Origin: a bacterium
GTDB taxonomy: Bacteria > Patescibacteriota > Minisyncoccia > Moranbacterales > GWC2-37-73
DNA length: 64,000 nt
Assembly (NCBI GenBank): GCA_037140955.1
Contig: JBAXDL010000002.1
Span: 28,176 to 92,175 of the forward strand
Reading direction: 5' to 3'
Below the pieces are notes generated by a model, which ran no database searches, was not told where the DNA came from, and saw only the letters and a list, made by a program, of their open reading frames with translations. Made by a program: the position numbers and the translations under genes. This document shows, in pieces, positions 18,635 to 28,065 of this stretch; position 1 is the stretch's first letter, and each line of letters starts with the position of its first letter.

Positions 18635-19399
18635 TTAGCTATTTATTATTTCTAAAATCTTCACCAATTCGCTAGGAATCAAACTTTCCCTCCCAACAAG
18701 AACACCATCCATGCCAGGATCAATGCAAACCTGTTTTACGGTGATTGCTTTGACACTTCCACCATACAGCACCTTTATTTTTTCAGCTACAGCAATTCCA
18801 TAGGCTTTTTCAAATATCTTTTTTAGCAAAATTTTAATTTGCAAAATTTCATCACTTTTGGGAATAGCATCACTGCCAACAGCCCAAATTGGTTCATAGG
18901 CAATAACAACAGATGATGCCTTCATTGATGAAACATCAACAAATGCTTCCATGATTTGCTCAGCAATAACCTGCGCTTCATTTCCAGCCTCTCTTTCTTC
19001 CTTTGTTTCGCCAACACAATAAATTGGAGTAATATTATTTTTTAGTGCTGCCTTGATTTTCAAATTTGCATCGGCATTTGTTTCTCCAAAAAATTTTCGG
19101 CGCTCACTGTGACCAATAATCACAAATTCTGACCCAAGATCCTTCAGCATTGGAGCAGAAATCTCACCAGTATATGATCCCCTGTCTTCCCAGAACAAAT
19201 TTTGAGCCCCAATAGCAACGTCCTGTGTTTTCAGATTGTTGATAAAATTTTCGACATGCAAAGATGGCACACAAAGAACCAATTTTGAGTTTACAATTCT
19301 TTTTTCGTATAATTCTTTTTTCAGAGACTCAATATATCGCTCACGTTCAACCGTGGTGAGAAGATTCATTTTCAGGTTGCCAATTATTAATTTCTGCAT
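18635..19399 (-). CDS. tpiA: Triosephosphate isomerase
   Basis: GNLKMN, IIGHSERR, AYEPIWAVG, LYGGSV. Confidence 0.96.
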   Translation of the reverse strand: MQKLIIGNLKMNLLTTVERERYIESLKKELYEKRIVNSKLVLCVPSLHVENFINNLKTQDVAIGAQNLFWEDRGSYTGEISAPMLKDLGSEFVIIGHSERRKFFGETNADANLKIKAALKNNITPIYCVGETKEEREAGNEAQVIAEQIMEAFVDVSSMKASSVVIAYEPIWAVGSDAIPKSDEILQIKILLKKIFEKAYGIAVAEKIKVLYGGSVKAITVKQVCIDPGMDGVLVGRESLIPSELVKILEIINS

Positions 19400-19435
19400 A
19401 TTTTTTATTCTATGATATTACCTCGCGGAGAAGTT

Positions 19436-19465
19436 TCAGCCAAAGGCTGATCAGCCCATGGCTGA
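19436..19465. repeat. Tandem double mini-hairpin
   Basis: TCAGCC-AAA-GGCTGA directly followed by TCAGCC-CAT-GGCTGA. Confidence 0.7.
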
Positions 19466-19555
19466 CATTTTAAGATTTCCAACAATTACTTTTTCCATAA
19501 ATTTACCATATCAACTTACCCTCCTATACGAAACTCAGTCGATTCAAATATTAAG

Positions 19556-20167
19556 TTATCTCTTGATTAATTTAAAAATAGCAGGCAAAACGGAAATTCC
19601 AATAATGCCCAAAATCACAACTGAGAAATTGTCTCTTATTACTGGAATGTTGCCGAAAAAATATCCAGCAAAAATAAACAATCCAACCCAGCAAAGACCA
19701 CCAAGGAAGCTAAAAAAGGCAAAGTCGCGATATTTCATTTTCCCAATACCAGCAACAAATGGAGCAAAGGTCCTAACAATAGGCATAAACCTAGCCAAGA
19801 TTATAGTTTTTTTGCCATACTTTTCAAAAAAATGCTGTGTCTTGTCGATATGATTCTGATTGATTGGTATTTTTTTATTATTAACCATCTTTTGACCAAG
19901 GTAATATCCAATCCAATAATTTGTGTTGTCACCCAAAAATGATGCTGCCCACAAAGAAAAAAACAAAATTCCCACATTTAAGGAGCCGGTGGCAGAAAAC
20001 ATGCCAGAGGCAAAAAGCAATGAATCACCAGGCAAAAAGGGAGTAAAAACCAACCCTGTTTCAGCAAAAACAATAGTAATCAAGAAGGCGTAGGTTAATT
20101 TTCCGTAGTTCAAAATAATCTCACCCAAATGAACATCGAAATGCAAAACAAAATCAATTATATTCAT
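19556..20167 (-). CDS. dedA: DedA/VTT family membrane protein
   Basis: FAETGL, PFLPGDSLLF, ARFMPIVRTFAPFVAG. Confidence 0.93.
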   Translation of the reverse strand: MNIIDFVLHFDVHLGEIILNYGKLTYAFLITIVFAETGLVFTPFLPGDSLLFASGMFSATGSLNVGILFFSLWAASFLGDNTNYWIGYYLGQKMVNNKKIPINQNHIDKTQHFFEKYGKKTIILARFMPIVRTFAPFVAGIGKMKYRDFAFFSFLGGLCWVGLFIFAGYFFGNIPVIRDNFSVVILGIIGISVLPAIFKLIKR

Positions 20168-20205
20168 AAATTTAATTTATCTCTTAAAAATATTTCTTAC
20201 CAGCG

Positions 20206-21291
20206 TTATTGCAGCTTGTTTCTTAAAAATTGCGCAGCCACTTCCGGAGCAAGAGTTGAAATCTCAATCCCTGTGTCCAACTCGAATCCAGCCCAACTTG
20301 CAGTGTGCGGCAAAATTTCAATGTGCCAATGAAAATGAGGATAATCCTTGCCATCACATGGCGCGCTATGGATGTAAAAATTATAAGGAGGATCGCCAAG
20401 TGCATTATAGATAGCATTTAAAGCTTTTCCGAAAACTTCAGCCAATTCAACTTTCTGCTTATTGGTAATGCGTTCAAAATATGGAGAATGCTTCTTTGGC
20501 ATCACATGAACTTCAAAGGCAACACGTGAAGCAAAGGGACAAAAGGCAATAAAATTTTTGTTCTCAAAAACAACACGTTTTTTTTCTTCACTTTCATATT
20601 CCATGATATTACAAAAAACACATTTCCTGTTGCTTTTGTGATATTTTGCAGCGCCATCAAGTTCCAATTTTACATAAGGAGCAACAACAGGAATTGCCAT
20701 CAATTGAGAATGTGGATGAGGGATCGATGCACCAGCTTCTTTGCCATGATTGTGAAAAATTGCGACATAATTGATTCCCTTGTTGTTCATCAAATCCAAA
20801 TATCTGTCTTGATAGGCATCAAAAACTTCTGCAATTTCCATAGTATCCATCAATGCAAGTTGCCTATGATGATCACGAGTCACAATAACTTCATGATATC
20901 CAACTCCAGGCATTGCGAAATATGGACCTTCGGCAATTGGCTTCGAAGTTGTTCCTTGTGAAAAAGCCGGGTATTTGTTTGGAAAAACGCGCAGAGTCCA
21001 ATCCCCATCAGCCTTGTGATACAGTAAAACATCTTTTTCTTGACCAGAAGCAACTGGGTCTTCAAAGACACATCCACCAACACCTTTGTCGTCAGCAATT
21101 CTTTGAAAATTTGCAAAATCATCTGGACGCTTTGACCTGGCCGTTGCAATCACAACCCAATCAGTAGAAATAATGTCCTGTCGCAATTCAGAAACAGGCA
21201 GTGAATTCTCAGGTTCTTGTGGTTGCCGCTCTCCGTTATTTTCAATTGAAATATTCACAATGTCTTGCCCCGTCAAATTCGCCATGGGCAA
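20206..21291 (-). CDS. galT: Galactose-1-phosphate uridylyltransferase
   Basis: ELRQD..WVVIA..RSKRP, NKYPA, AGASIPHPHSQ, HWHIEI. Confidence 0.92.
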   Translation of the reverse strand: MPMANLTGQDIVNISIENNGERQPQEPENSLPVSELRQDIISTDWVVIATARSKRPDDFANFQRIADDKGVGGCVFEDPVASGQEKDVLLYHKADGDWTLRVFPNKYPAFSQGTTSKPIAEGPYFAMPGVGYHEVIVTRDHHRQLALMDTMEIAEVFDAYQDRYLDLMNNKGINYVAIFHNHGKEAGASIPHPHSQLMAIPVVAPYVKLELDGAAKYHKSNRKCVFCNIMEYESEEKKRVVFENKNFIAFCPFASRVAFEVHVMPKKHSPYFERITNKQKVELAEVFGKALNAIYNALGDPPYNFYIHSAPCDGKDYPHFHWHIEILPHTASWAGFELDTGIEISTLAPEVAAQFLRNKLQ

Positions 21292-21342
21292 AAATTCAAC
21301 TAGGGTAATTTTAATTTTTTGTTTTTGCTTTTATATCAACAA

Positions 21343-22095
21343 CTATTGCTTCTTTATATTATATTTTCCAAATATTAAACGTAATTTTGTTTTAAACAAG
21401 TCGATTAAAACTTGAATGAAACCATTTGGGCCAGTAAGACTAACGGTAGAACCATCTTCATTCAACCATCTCACCGGCATTTGCTTGATTTTAAAACCAA
21501 GGACTTTTGCCAAAATGATAAGCTCAAAATCAAAACCAAAACGATCCACAACCATTCTCTTGGCAATTTCATGTGCAGCCTTTCCTGTTAGCATTTTGAA
21601 TCCACACTGCGTGTCTGGAAAACTCCAAAGACCAAGCACAATTCTGATGAGCCAATTTCCACCCTCCCCCATGAATTCTCGATATCTTGGTTGATGAACT
21701 TGCACAAATGCTCCCTTTATCTTTCGTGAACCAACAATCAAATCATTACCAGCAATAAGTTCTGGCAAAAATTTCTCCACATGAGAAATAGATGTTGAGC
21801 CATCGGCATCCAGAAAGACAACATACTCACCTTTTGATTCAAGCAATCCTTGCCTAACAACATAGCCCTTTCCGTGATTTTCTTTATTATCAATAACACG
21901 AAGATTTTTGACTTGTTTGGAATAATTGCGAGCAACTTCAGCTGTATTGTCAGGTGAACCATCAACCACAATAATAATTTCGTATTCGAAATCCTTGGCC
22001 GACAAAAAACTTTCAATTTCTAAAAGATTACTTCCGATGCGCTCCTTTTCTTTGTAAGCCGGAATTACAACCGACAAATATGGTTTTTGCTCCAT
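21343..22095 (-). CDS. GT2 glycosyltransferase (dolichyl-phosphate glucosyltransferase-like)
   Basis: SVVIPAY, VDGSPD, NHGKG, DADG, DTQCGFK, FGFDFE. Confidence 0.9.
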   Translation of the reverse strand: MEQKPYLSVVIPAYKEKERIGSNLLEIESFLSAKDFEYEIIIVVDGSPDNTAEVARNYSKQVKNLRVIDNKENHGKGYVVRQGLLESKGEYVVFLDADGSTSISHVEKFLPELIAGNDLIVGSRKIKGAFVQVHQPRYREFMGEGGNWLIRIVLGLWSFPDTQCGFKMLTGKAAHEIAKRMVVDRFGFDFELIILAKVLGFKIKQMPVRWLNEDGSTVSLTGPNGFIQVLIDLFKTKLRLIFGKYNIKKQ

Positions 22096-22217
22096 GAGTT
22101 TTATGTCAAATTTATATTAAAATTTTTTATTAATCTAAAACATCAATATCTCAACATTTTTGAAATATCTTATAAATTCATTATACCACAACATTAATAT
22201 ACGTAAAATATCTATTT

Positions 22218-22643
22218 TTAAGATTCATGCGTAAGAGAACTTGCTTGCCTGTCCAGCCAACTTTGCAGAATGATTCTGGCAGCTTCTTTGTCATCACTCT
22301 CGGCGATATTTTTTCCGCCATGCATTTTGATGTTGTCCTGCGCCATTTTGGTGGTGAACATTTCATCTTGAAACATCACCGCAATGCCAAGCTCTTTTTC
22401 AAGCTTGTTGCCAAATTCAATCTTTTCATCCTCGCCAGCTTGATCATTTTGATGCCAAGTCACACCCAAAACTATCATCTTAACATCTTTTTCCTTGGCA
22501 ATTTGTTTCAATTTGCTAAAAAAATCACCATCGTTTTTGATTGTGTCATAGGCAAAAGCCATACGAGTTTCCTCGTCAGCAATAGCCAGTCCAATCTTTG
22601 ACTTGCCATAATCTACCCCCAAAAATGTGCTAACCTGAGCCAT
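22218..22643 (-). CDS. ruvX: RuvX/YqgF family nuclease
   Basis: LGVDYGKSKIGLAIAD, DEMFTT, DKEAARIILQSWL. Confidence 0.92.
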   Translation of the reverse strand: MAQVSTFLGVDYGKSKIGLAIADEETRMAFAYDTIKNDGDFFSKLKQIAKEKDVKMIVLGVTWHQNDQAGEDEKIEFGNKLEKELGIAVMFQDEMFTTKMAQDNIKMHGGKNIAESDDKEAARIILQSWLDRQASSLTHES

Positions 22644-22751
22644 ATATTGATATACTATTGACTTATTAGTGTTATTGTGCTATTATTATACATTGGTATA
22701 ATTTAATTGTACCATATATTCCAAAAAACAACCCAAAAAAGGAGAAAAGAA

Positions 22752-22988
22752 ATGGAAACAAAACAGGAAATAATCGGCGGAAGTTTGGAATTAGTTTGCC
22801 TGATGTCTGTATTATTCTTCGTAGTGTATTGGTTTTCATACACTCATCCAGACTTCAGCAACACAATCATTGGGCAAATTAGCCCTTGGGCTGCATGGGC
22901 AGTAATTGTTCTGGGATTCATCTCTGGATTGACTGGAGAGAGAATCCTAAAAAAGGAAAGTCGGCGCAACAGATTTATTGCGCGATAA
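22752..22988 (+). CDS. Small membrane protein
   Basis: AAGGAG upstream, two hydrophobic segments, downstream hairpin plus T run. Confidence 0.6.
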   Translation: METKQEIIGGSLELVCLMSVLFFVVYWFSYTHPDFSNTIIGQISPWAAWAVIVLGFISGLTGERILKKESRRNRFIAR

Positions 22989-23055
22989 CATCCATCTGAT
23001 CCCCTTTTCCACATCGTGGAATTGGGGGTCTTTTTTATTTTAAAATTTACAAATA

Positions 23056-23083
23056 TGTCATTCCCGTGAAAACGGGAATCCAG
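23056..23083. repeat. 28-bp palindromic repeat, left flank of GIY-YIG gene
   Basis: TGTCATTCCCGTGAAAACGGGAATCCAG. Confidence 0.9.
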
Positions 23084-23085
23084 CC

Positions 23086-23397
23086 CTAATTTATTTCACT
23101 TTTATAATATTCTTTAGCCAAATCTATCCAATCAGGATTTTCTTTTTCAATCAATACTGTCTTCCATTGCCTGTTCCATTTTTTTAATTGCTTTTCCCTT
23201 AGTAATGCAGAGGTTATATCATTTGTGGTTTCGTAATAAACCAATCTACCAACATTATATTTTTCAGTAAAGCCTTTTACTGTTTTATTTTTGTGTTCCC
23301 AAATTCTTTTTATTAAATTACTAGTCATTCCAATATAAAGAGTTCCATTTCTACTACTTGCTAAGATATATACAAAGTAAGTTTTTTGTTGATACAT
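23086..23397 (-). CDS. Stand-alone GIY-YIG nuclease
   Basis: YFVYILAS, TLYIGMT, KRIWEH, REKQLKKWNRQWK, NPDW. Confidence 0.93.
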   Translation of the reverse strand: MYQQKTYFVYILASSRNGTLYIGMTSNLIKRIWEHKNKTVKGFTEKYNVGRLVYYETTNDITSALLREKQLKKWNRQWKTVLIEKENPDWIDLAKEYYKSEIN

Positions 23398-23419
23398 ATT
23401 AGATTAATTTGTGTCAAAC

Positions 23420-23447
23420 CTGGATTCCCGTTTTCACGGGAATGACA
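23420..23447. repeat. 28-bp palindromic repeat, right flank (exact reverse complement of left)
   Basis: CTGGATTCCCGTTTTCACGGGAATGACA. Confidence 0.9.
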
Positions 23448-23571
23448 CATTTTTTAATCACTGAAGCATTGAAAATTGATTGGAAATCGAGATTTGAGAT
23501 TTGAAAATTTAAGCAATATTAAAGCAATAAGCGTAGTAAAAAAAAGACATTGCAATTATTAATTCAGAATA

Positions 23572-24336
23572 TTATGCGGTCAAAATTTCCACTCCTTTTT
23601 CTGTAATCAAAATTGTATTTTCATAGTGTGCAGAAAGTTTCCCATCGGCTGTCACAAAAACCCAACCATCAGAGCCAAGCTCGGTGTGATGAGTTCCGAT
23701 GTTGACCATTGGCTCAATGGCAAGTGTCATGCCAACTTGCAAGAGAAGGTCGCGAAAGCCTTTTTCAAAATAATTTGGAATCTGAGGATTTTCATGCAAG
23801 TTTTTTCCGATGCCATGCCCAACCAAATTTTTGACCACCGAAAATCCAGCATCCTCAACAATTTGCTGCGATGTCTTGGAATATTCACTCAAATTTGCTC
23901 CAGCTTTTAAACTTTTAATACCTTTCCAAAAAGATTTCTCAGTAACTTCGATCAATTTTTTTGCTTCAGCTGAAACTTCCCCCACAGCAAAAGTGCGGGC
24001 CATGTCAGCAAAAAAACCATCCATTTCAAGTCCAATATCAATCTTGAAAACATCCCCATCTCTCAAGAGTGTTTTTTCACTAGGAATTCCATGCACAACT
24101 TCATCATTAATCGAAGCGCAGATGGTTGCTGGAAAAAGATTTTTACCTTCGCCATACCCCTTGAATGCTGGCTTTGCGCCGGCTTGCAAAATCATTTTTT
24201 CAGCCAAAGCGTCAATTTCCATTGTGCTGACACCAACAGCAACTTTTTTTCCAAGTTCGCGCATAACCAAAGCCAAAGCCTTTCCAGCTTTGCGCATGAT
24301 CGCTATTTCATTTTCTGTTTTGATGTGAATACCCAT
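23572..24336 (-). CDS. map: Type I methionyl aminopeptidase
   Basis: SINDEVVHGIP, DMART, GHGIG..LHE, AIEPM, SAHYENTI; start trimmed to MGIHIK. Confidence 0.96.
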   Translation of the reverse strand: MGIHIKTENEIAIMRKAGKALALVMRELGKKVAVGVSTMEIDALAEKMILQAGAKPAFKGYGEGKNLFPATICASINDEVVHGIPSEKTLLRDGDVFKIDIGLEMDGFFADMARTFAVGEVSAEAKKLIEVTEKSFWKGIKSLKAGANLSEYSKTSQQIVEDAGFSVVKNLVGHGIGKNLHENPQIPNYFEKGFRDLLLQVGMTLAIEPMVNIGTHHTELGSDGWVFVTADGKLSAHYENTILITEKGVEILTA

Positions 24337-24342
24337 AGCATA

Positions 24343-24460
24343 CAAAAATCCAAAATCCAAATGTCAAATCTCAAATAAATGACTTAAGTTCAAATATTTA
24401 AAATCTAAAAAATTTTGATTTGGGATTTTATTTGAAATTTGAAATTTTGATTTTGAAATT
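24343..24460. repeat. Heptamer-arm hairpin between adk and map
   Basis: AAATCCA AAATCCA AATGTCA AATCTCA ... TTTGAAA TTTGAAA TTTTGAT TTTGAAA. Confidence 0.65.
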
Positions 24461-24489
24461 ATAACAAATAATCAAATCACAAATTTATA

Positions 24490-25134
24490 TTATTCCGCAA
24501 GTTTTTCAATTATATCACTAAACACTTTTTCTACTTTTTTGTTTCCATCAATTTCAATCAATAGTCCTTGATTGCGATAATGTTCAATAACAGGAATTGT
24601 TATTTTGTAAAAAGTATCAAGTCTTTTTGTTATTCCCTCTGGAGTGTCATCCCCTCTTTGCATGACAGGTCCTCCACAAGTTGGACAATGCTCATGAACA
24701 TCTTTGATTTGATTTCCAAGTACAAAGTGCCTATAGCAAACGGTGCAAGCATAGCGCTTCGAAATGCGCGCAATTGATTCAGCATAAGGGAGTTTGATAT
24801 AGATAGCTTTATCAATCGGAAATTTCATTTCATCAAGCATTTGCTCAACTCCTAATATCTGACCAAAAGTCCTGGGAGCAGAATCAATAATAACACCCAT
24901 GCCAGCTGGAACTTTTTCAAGACTATGCCTGAGAACATCAATAGTGATGTCATCAGGAATCATTTCTTTTTGCTCATTCAAGGCTTTAACTATTCTCCCC
25001 AACTCTGAATCATCTCTAGCAATTTCCCTGAAGATTAATCCAGTTTCAATGTGCGCTAAGTTGAATTTCTGAGCCAAGAGATCAGCTTGTGTTCCCTTTC
25101 CTGAACCCTGTGGACCAAAGATGATAATGTTCAT
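24490..25134 (-). CDS. adk: Adenylate kinase
   Basis: GPQGSGKGTQA, Zn-lid CxxC..CxxC, QRGDD; start trimmed to MNIII. Confidence 0.93.
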   Translation of the reverse strand: MNIIIFGPQGSGKGTQADLLAQKFNLAHIETGLIFREIARDDSELGRIVKALNEQKEMIPDDITIDVLRHSLEKVPAGMGVIIDSAPRTFGQILGVEQMLDEMKFPIDKAIYIKLPYAESIARISKRYACTVCYRHFVLGNQIKDVHEHCPTCGGPVMQRGDDTPEGITKRLDTFYKITIPVIEHYRNQGLLIEIDGNKKVEKVFSDIIEKLAE

Positions 25135-25138
25135 TGTA

Positions 25139-25250
25139 AAATTTTGAATTTCGAATTTTGAATTTCGAATCAAGTTCGAATTTTTAATGATTAAAATATT
25201 TAAACATTAAAGGTTTATTCAAAATTAAAAATTTTAAATTAGAAATTCGA
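25139..25250. repeat. Heptamer-arm hairpin between secY and adk
   Basis: AATTTTG AATTTCG AATTTTG AATTTCG ... CAAAATT AAAAATT TTAAATT AGAAATT. Confidence 0.65.
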
Positions 25251-25264
25251 GCAAGGCGAGGCAT

Positions 25265-26536
25265 TTAGAATCCTTCATAGTCTCGCATAACAAGCTGTCC
25301 TTCGATTTGCTTGATTGTTTCAATCACAACTGAAACAACAATAAGAATGCTAGTTCCACCAATTTTCAATGATTGAATGTTTGTCATTCCTTGAATAATA
25401 AAAGGCAAAACTGCAATAATACCAAGAAAAACTGAGCCTGTAAGTGTGATTCTATTCATTATTCGATAAAGAAAATCAGCAGTAGTCTTTCCTGGTCTGA
25501 TTCCTGGGATATATCCACCTTGCTTTTGCAAATTCTCAGCAATCTTAACAGGATCAAAAACAACAGCAGTATAAAAATATGTAAACATCACAATCAGGAT
25601 GAAATACATGCTGCTATAAAAAACTTGATTTTGAAAAAGATTATTAACCGCAGTTGCAGCATGCGCTACAGCTGGGTTACTAGCCTTGCTCAAAAAAGTT
25701 GCAATCATGCCAGGAAAAAGCATGATAGACATGGCAAAAATAATGGGAATAACACCGGCCTGATTCACTCGAAGTGGCAAATGCGAAGTTGAGCCACCAA
25801 AAGTTTTGTCTCCCCTGATTCTTTTTGCATATGAAACCGGAATATTTCTTTGTCCCTCTGTCACCAAAACAACACCAGCAATGGTCACAACAGCAACCAC
25901 CAAAAGACCAAGATAGATAAAAATTTGAGCAGGATCAAATGTTAGCAATAATTTTGAAAGGCCAGAAGGAAGACCACTGACAATTCCAGCGAAAATAATC
26001 AAAGAAACACCATTTCCAATGCCTTTTTCTGTTATCAGTTCGCCAAGCCACATCAAGAAAATAGTTCCAGCTGTTGCAATCACTACAATAACAACAGTGT
26101 CATACATGGATGTAGCACTCAAAACTCCTTGCGAACGAAGCAATGTCACCATACTAAACGTTTGCAAAACTGCCAATGGAACAGTAAGCCATCGTGTCCA
26201 CATGTTGAACTTCTGACGTCCTGCCTCACCTTCTTCCTTGTAAAGCTGTTCAACGCGAGGAACAATCATAGTTAAAAGCTGCATGATGATAGATGCGGTA
26301 ATATATGGACCAACTCCCAACATCACAATTGAAATATTGGTCAAACCTCCACCAGAAAAAACATTCAACATTCCAAGCAATTGATTGCCTTCAAAAAGAC
26401 GTCTTAATTGTTCAATGTTAACACCTGGAAGAGGAATGTTGGCAGCAATACGAAAAACAATAAGAATCCCCAAAATAAAGAGGATCTTATTGCGAAGTTC
26501 AACAATTTTAAATATTTGTGTTATTTTTTCAAACAT
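25265..26536 (-). CDS. secY: Preprotein translocase SecY
   Basis: LGVGPYITASIIMQLL, GIGNGVSLIIFAGI, IPGIRPG. Confidence 0.98.
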   Translation of the reverse strand: MFEKITQIFKIVELRNKILFILGILIVFRIAANIPLPGVNIEQLRRLFEGNQLLGMLNVFSGGGLTNISIVMLGVGPYITASIIMQLLTMIVPRVEQLYKEEGEAGRQKFNMWTRWLTVPLAVLQTFSMVTLLRSQGVLSATSMYDTVVIVVIATAGTIFLMWLGELITEKGIGNGVSLIIFAGIVSGLPSGLSKLLLTFDPAQIFIYLGLLVVAVVTIAGVVLVTEGQRNIPVSYAKRIRGDKTFGGSTSHLPLRVNQAGVIPIIFAMSIMLFPGMIATFLSKASNPAVAHAATAVNNLFQNQVFYSSMYFILIVMFTYFYTAVVFDPVKIAENLQKQGGYIPGIRPGKTTADFLYRIMNRITLTGSVFLGIIAVLPFIIQGMTNIQSLKIGGTSILIVVSVVIETIKQIEGQLVMRDYEGF

Positions 26537-26618
26537 TATTTTAGCTTTTAGATTTTAGCTGCTAGTTTTTAGTCCAAAGTGGCATCCAACCTAGAAGCTA
26601 ATGCCTATTGGCCAAAAA

Positions 26619-27056
26619 CTATTCTAGAATTTTTCCACCTGCTTTTATTATAGCATCTTTAGAGGTTTGTGAAAGAAGCAACTCAGCTGAAATAGTAAGT
26701 TTTTTGCTAATTGTTCCAGTAGCCAAGATCTTGATACCATCTTTAGCATCAGCCTTGTCAACAATTTTAAGTGCAAGCAATGTTTCAACAGAAACAACAT
26801 CACCATCTTTGTAGAATTTTTCAAGTGCTTCAAGTTTTACAACTGATTTCTTGGCAGCAAGAGATTTGAATCCTCGCACTTTTTTCAAACGTTCAACAAG
26901 TGAAGATCGTCCACCTTCAAACAATGGATCAATAGATGCACCAGAGCGAGCTTTTTGACCCTTATTTCCTTTTCCAGAATAAGTTCCACGCTTTCCTCCG
27001 CGACCAACTGTTTTTTTGTCCTTGCGTTTTTTAACTGTAAGTTGATGAATTTGCAT
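26619..27056 (-). CDS. rplO: 50S ribosomal protein L15
   Basis: VGRGGKRG, KGQKARSG, FEGG. Confidence 0.96.
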   Translation of the reverse strand: MQIHQLTVKKRKDKKTVGRGGKRGTYSGKGNKGQKARSGASIDPLFEGGRSSLVERLKKVRGFKSLAAKKSVVKLEALEKFYKDGDVVSVETLLALKIVDKADAKDGIKILATGTISKKLTISAELLLSQTSKDAIIKAGGKILE

Positions 27057-27057
27057 A

Positions 27058-27588
27058 TTATTTTACCGCTTTAATTTCCTTAACTTCTTTAACCTCAGCT
27101 TCTTTGTTCATTTTAATGCGAGGAGCTTTCAATGCTTTTAGAGCCTCGATTGTTGCTCTTGCCACATTAAGCTTGTTTGCTGTACCAAGTGATTTTGAAA
27201 CAATATCACGAATACCAGCAAGGTCAACTACTGCGCGAACAGCACCACCAGCAATAACACCTCGTCCTTCTGAAGCTGGCTTAAGCAAAACTCTAGCGCT
27301 TCCAAGTTTCATTCTAATGTCATGAGGAATAGTATTATCAGAAAGATTTACTGTTATCATGCACTTCTTGGCATCATTGTATGCTTTACCGATAGCATCG
27401 GAAACATCAGATCCTTTAGAAACACCGACACCAACTCTTCCTTTGCGATCACCAATTACTAATGTTGCTCTGAAACGAAATCTTCGTCCACCTTTTACCA
27501 CACGAGTAACGCGAGCCAAATCCAAAAGTTTTTGTTCGAACTCTGGTTTTTCTCTGCGCACATTCTTTTTTCCTGATCTCTTATTCAT
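27058..27588 (-). CDS. rpsE: 30S ribosomal protein S5
   Basis: RVTRVVKGGRRFRF, GVIAGGAVR. Confidence 0.97.
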   Translation of the reverse strand: MNKRSGKKNVRREKPEFEQKLLDLARVTRVVKGGRRFRFRATLVIGDRKGRVGVGVSKGSDVSDAIGKAYNDAKKCMITVNLSDNTIPHDIRMKLGSARVLLKPASEGRGVIAGGAVRAVVDLAGIRDIVSKSLGTANKLNVARATIEALKALKAPRIKMNKEAEVKEVKEIKAVK

Positions 27589-27618
27589 AAGATAATATAG
27601 TATTTATAATTCAAAACA

Positions 27619-27969
27619 TTAAAATTGAAGCCCACCCTCTCGCGCTCCATCTGCAAGCGCTTTAACTTTTCCATGATATTGATACCCAGCTCTATCAAAA
27701 GTAATCGTTTCAATCTTAAGAGCTTTACATTTCTTAGCAACCAAGATTCCAACTTCTTTTGCTCCTTCAATTGTGTTGGCAGCATTTTTGATTTCTGAGA
27801 GTTTAGCACTTGCTAAAGTTTTTCCTACAGCATCATCAATAACTTGAGCATAAATACCTTTTAAGCTCTTAAACACAGCCAAACGTGGACGTGTTGCTGA
27901 TCCTGAAATCTTTGCACGAACTCTTCGTTTTCGTTGTAATCTACCACTGTTGCTACTTATTTTATTCAT
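27619..27969 (-). CDS. rplR: 50S ribosomal protein L18
   Basis: RPRLAVFKS, FDRAGYQYHGKVKALADGAREGGL. Confidence 0.97.
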   Translation of the reverse strand: MNKISSNSGRLQRKRRVRAKISGSATRPRLAVFKSLKGIYAQVIDDAVGKTLASAKLSEIKNAANTIEGAKEVGILVAKKCKALKIETITFDRAGYQYHGKVKALADGAREGGLQF

Positions 27970-27974
27970 ACTTA

Positions 27975-28058
27975 TCATGAATCATGGAGCATGGAGTCTT
28001 TAGCATTTCAATGCTGCAACACTCTACGCTTTATGTTCTATGTTTTATGCGCTATGTT
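27975..28058. repeat. Heptamer-arm hairpin between rplF and rplR
   Basis: CATGAAT CATGGAG CATGGAG ... CTCTACG CTTTATG TTCTATG TTTTATG CGCTATG. Confidence 0.65.
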
Positions 28059-28065
28059 ATATTGT

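Noticed and set aside
18635-19399. Inactive TPI because of GRESL instead of GGASL
   Set aside because: Catalytic Lys, His and Glu are all present; treated as a lineage variant.
24336-25173. N-terminal extensions of Map and Adk in the ORF track
   Set aside because: They are translations of upstream heptamer repeats; downstream ATGs match family starts.
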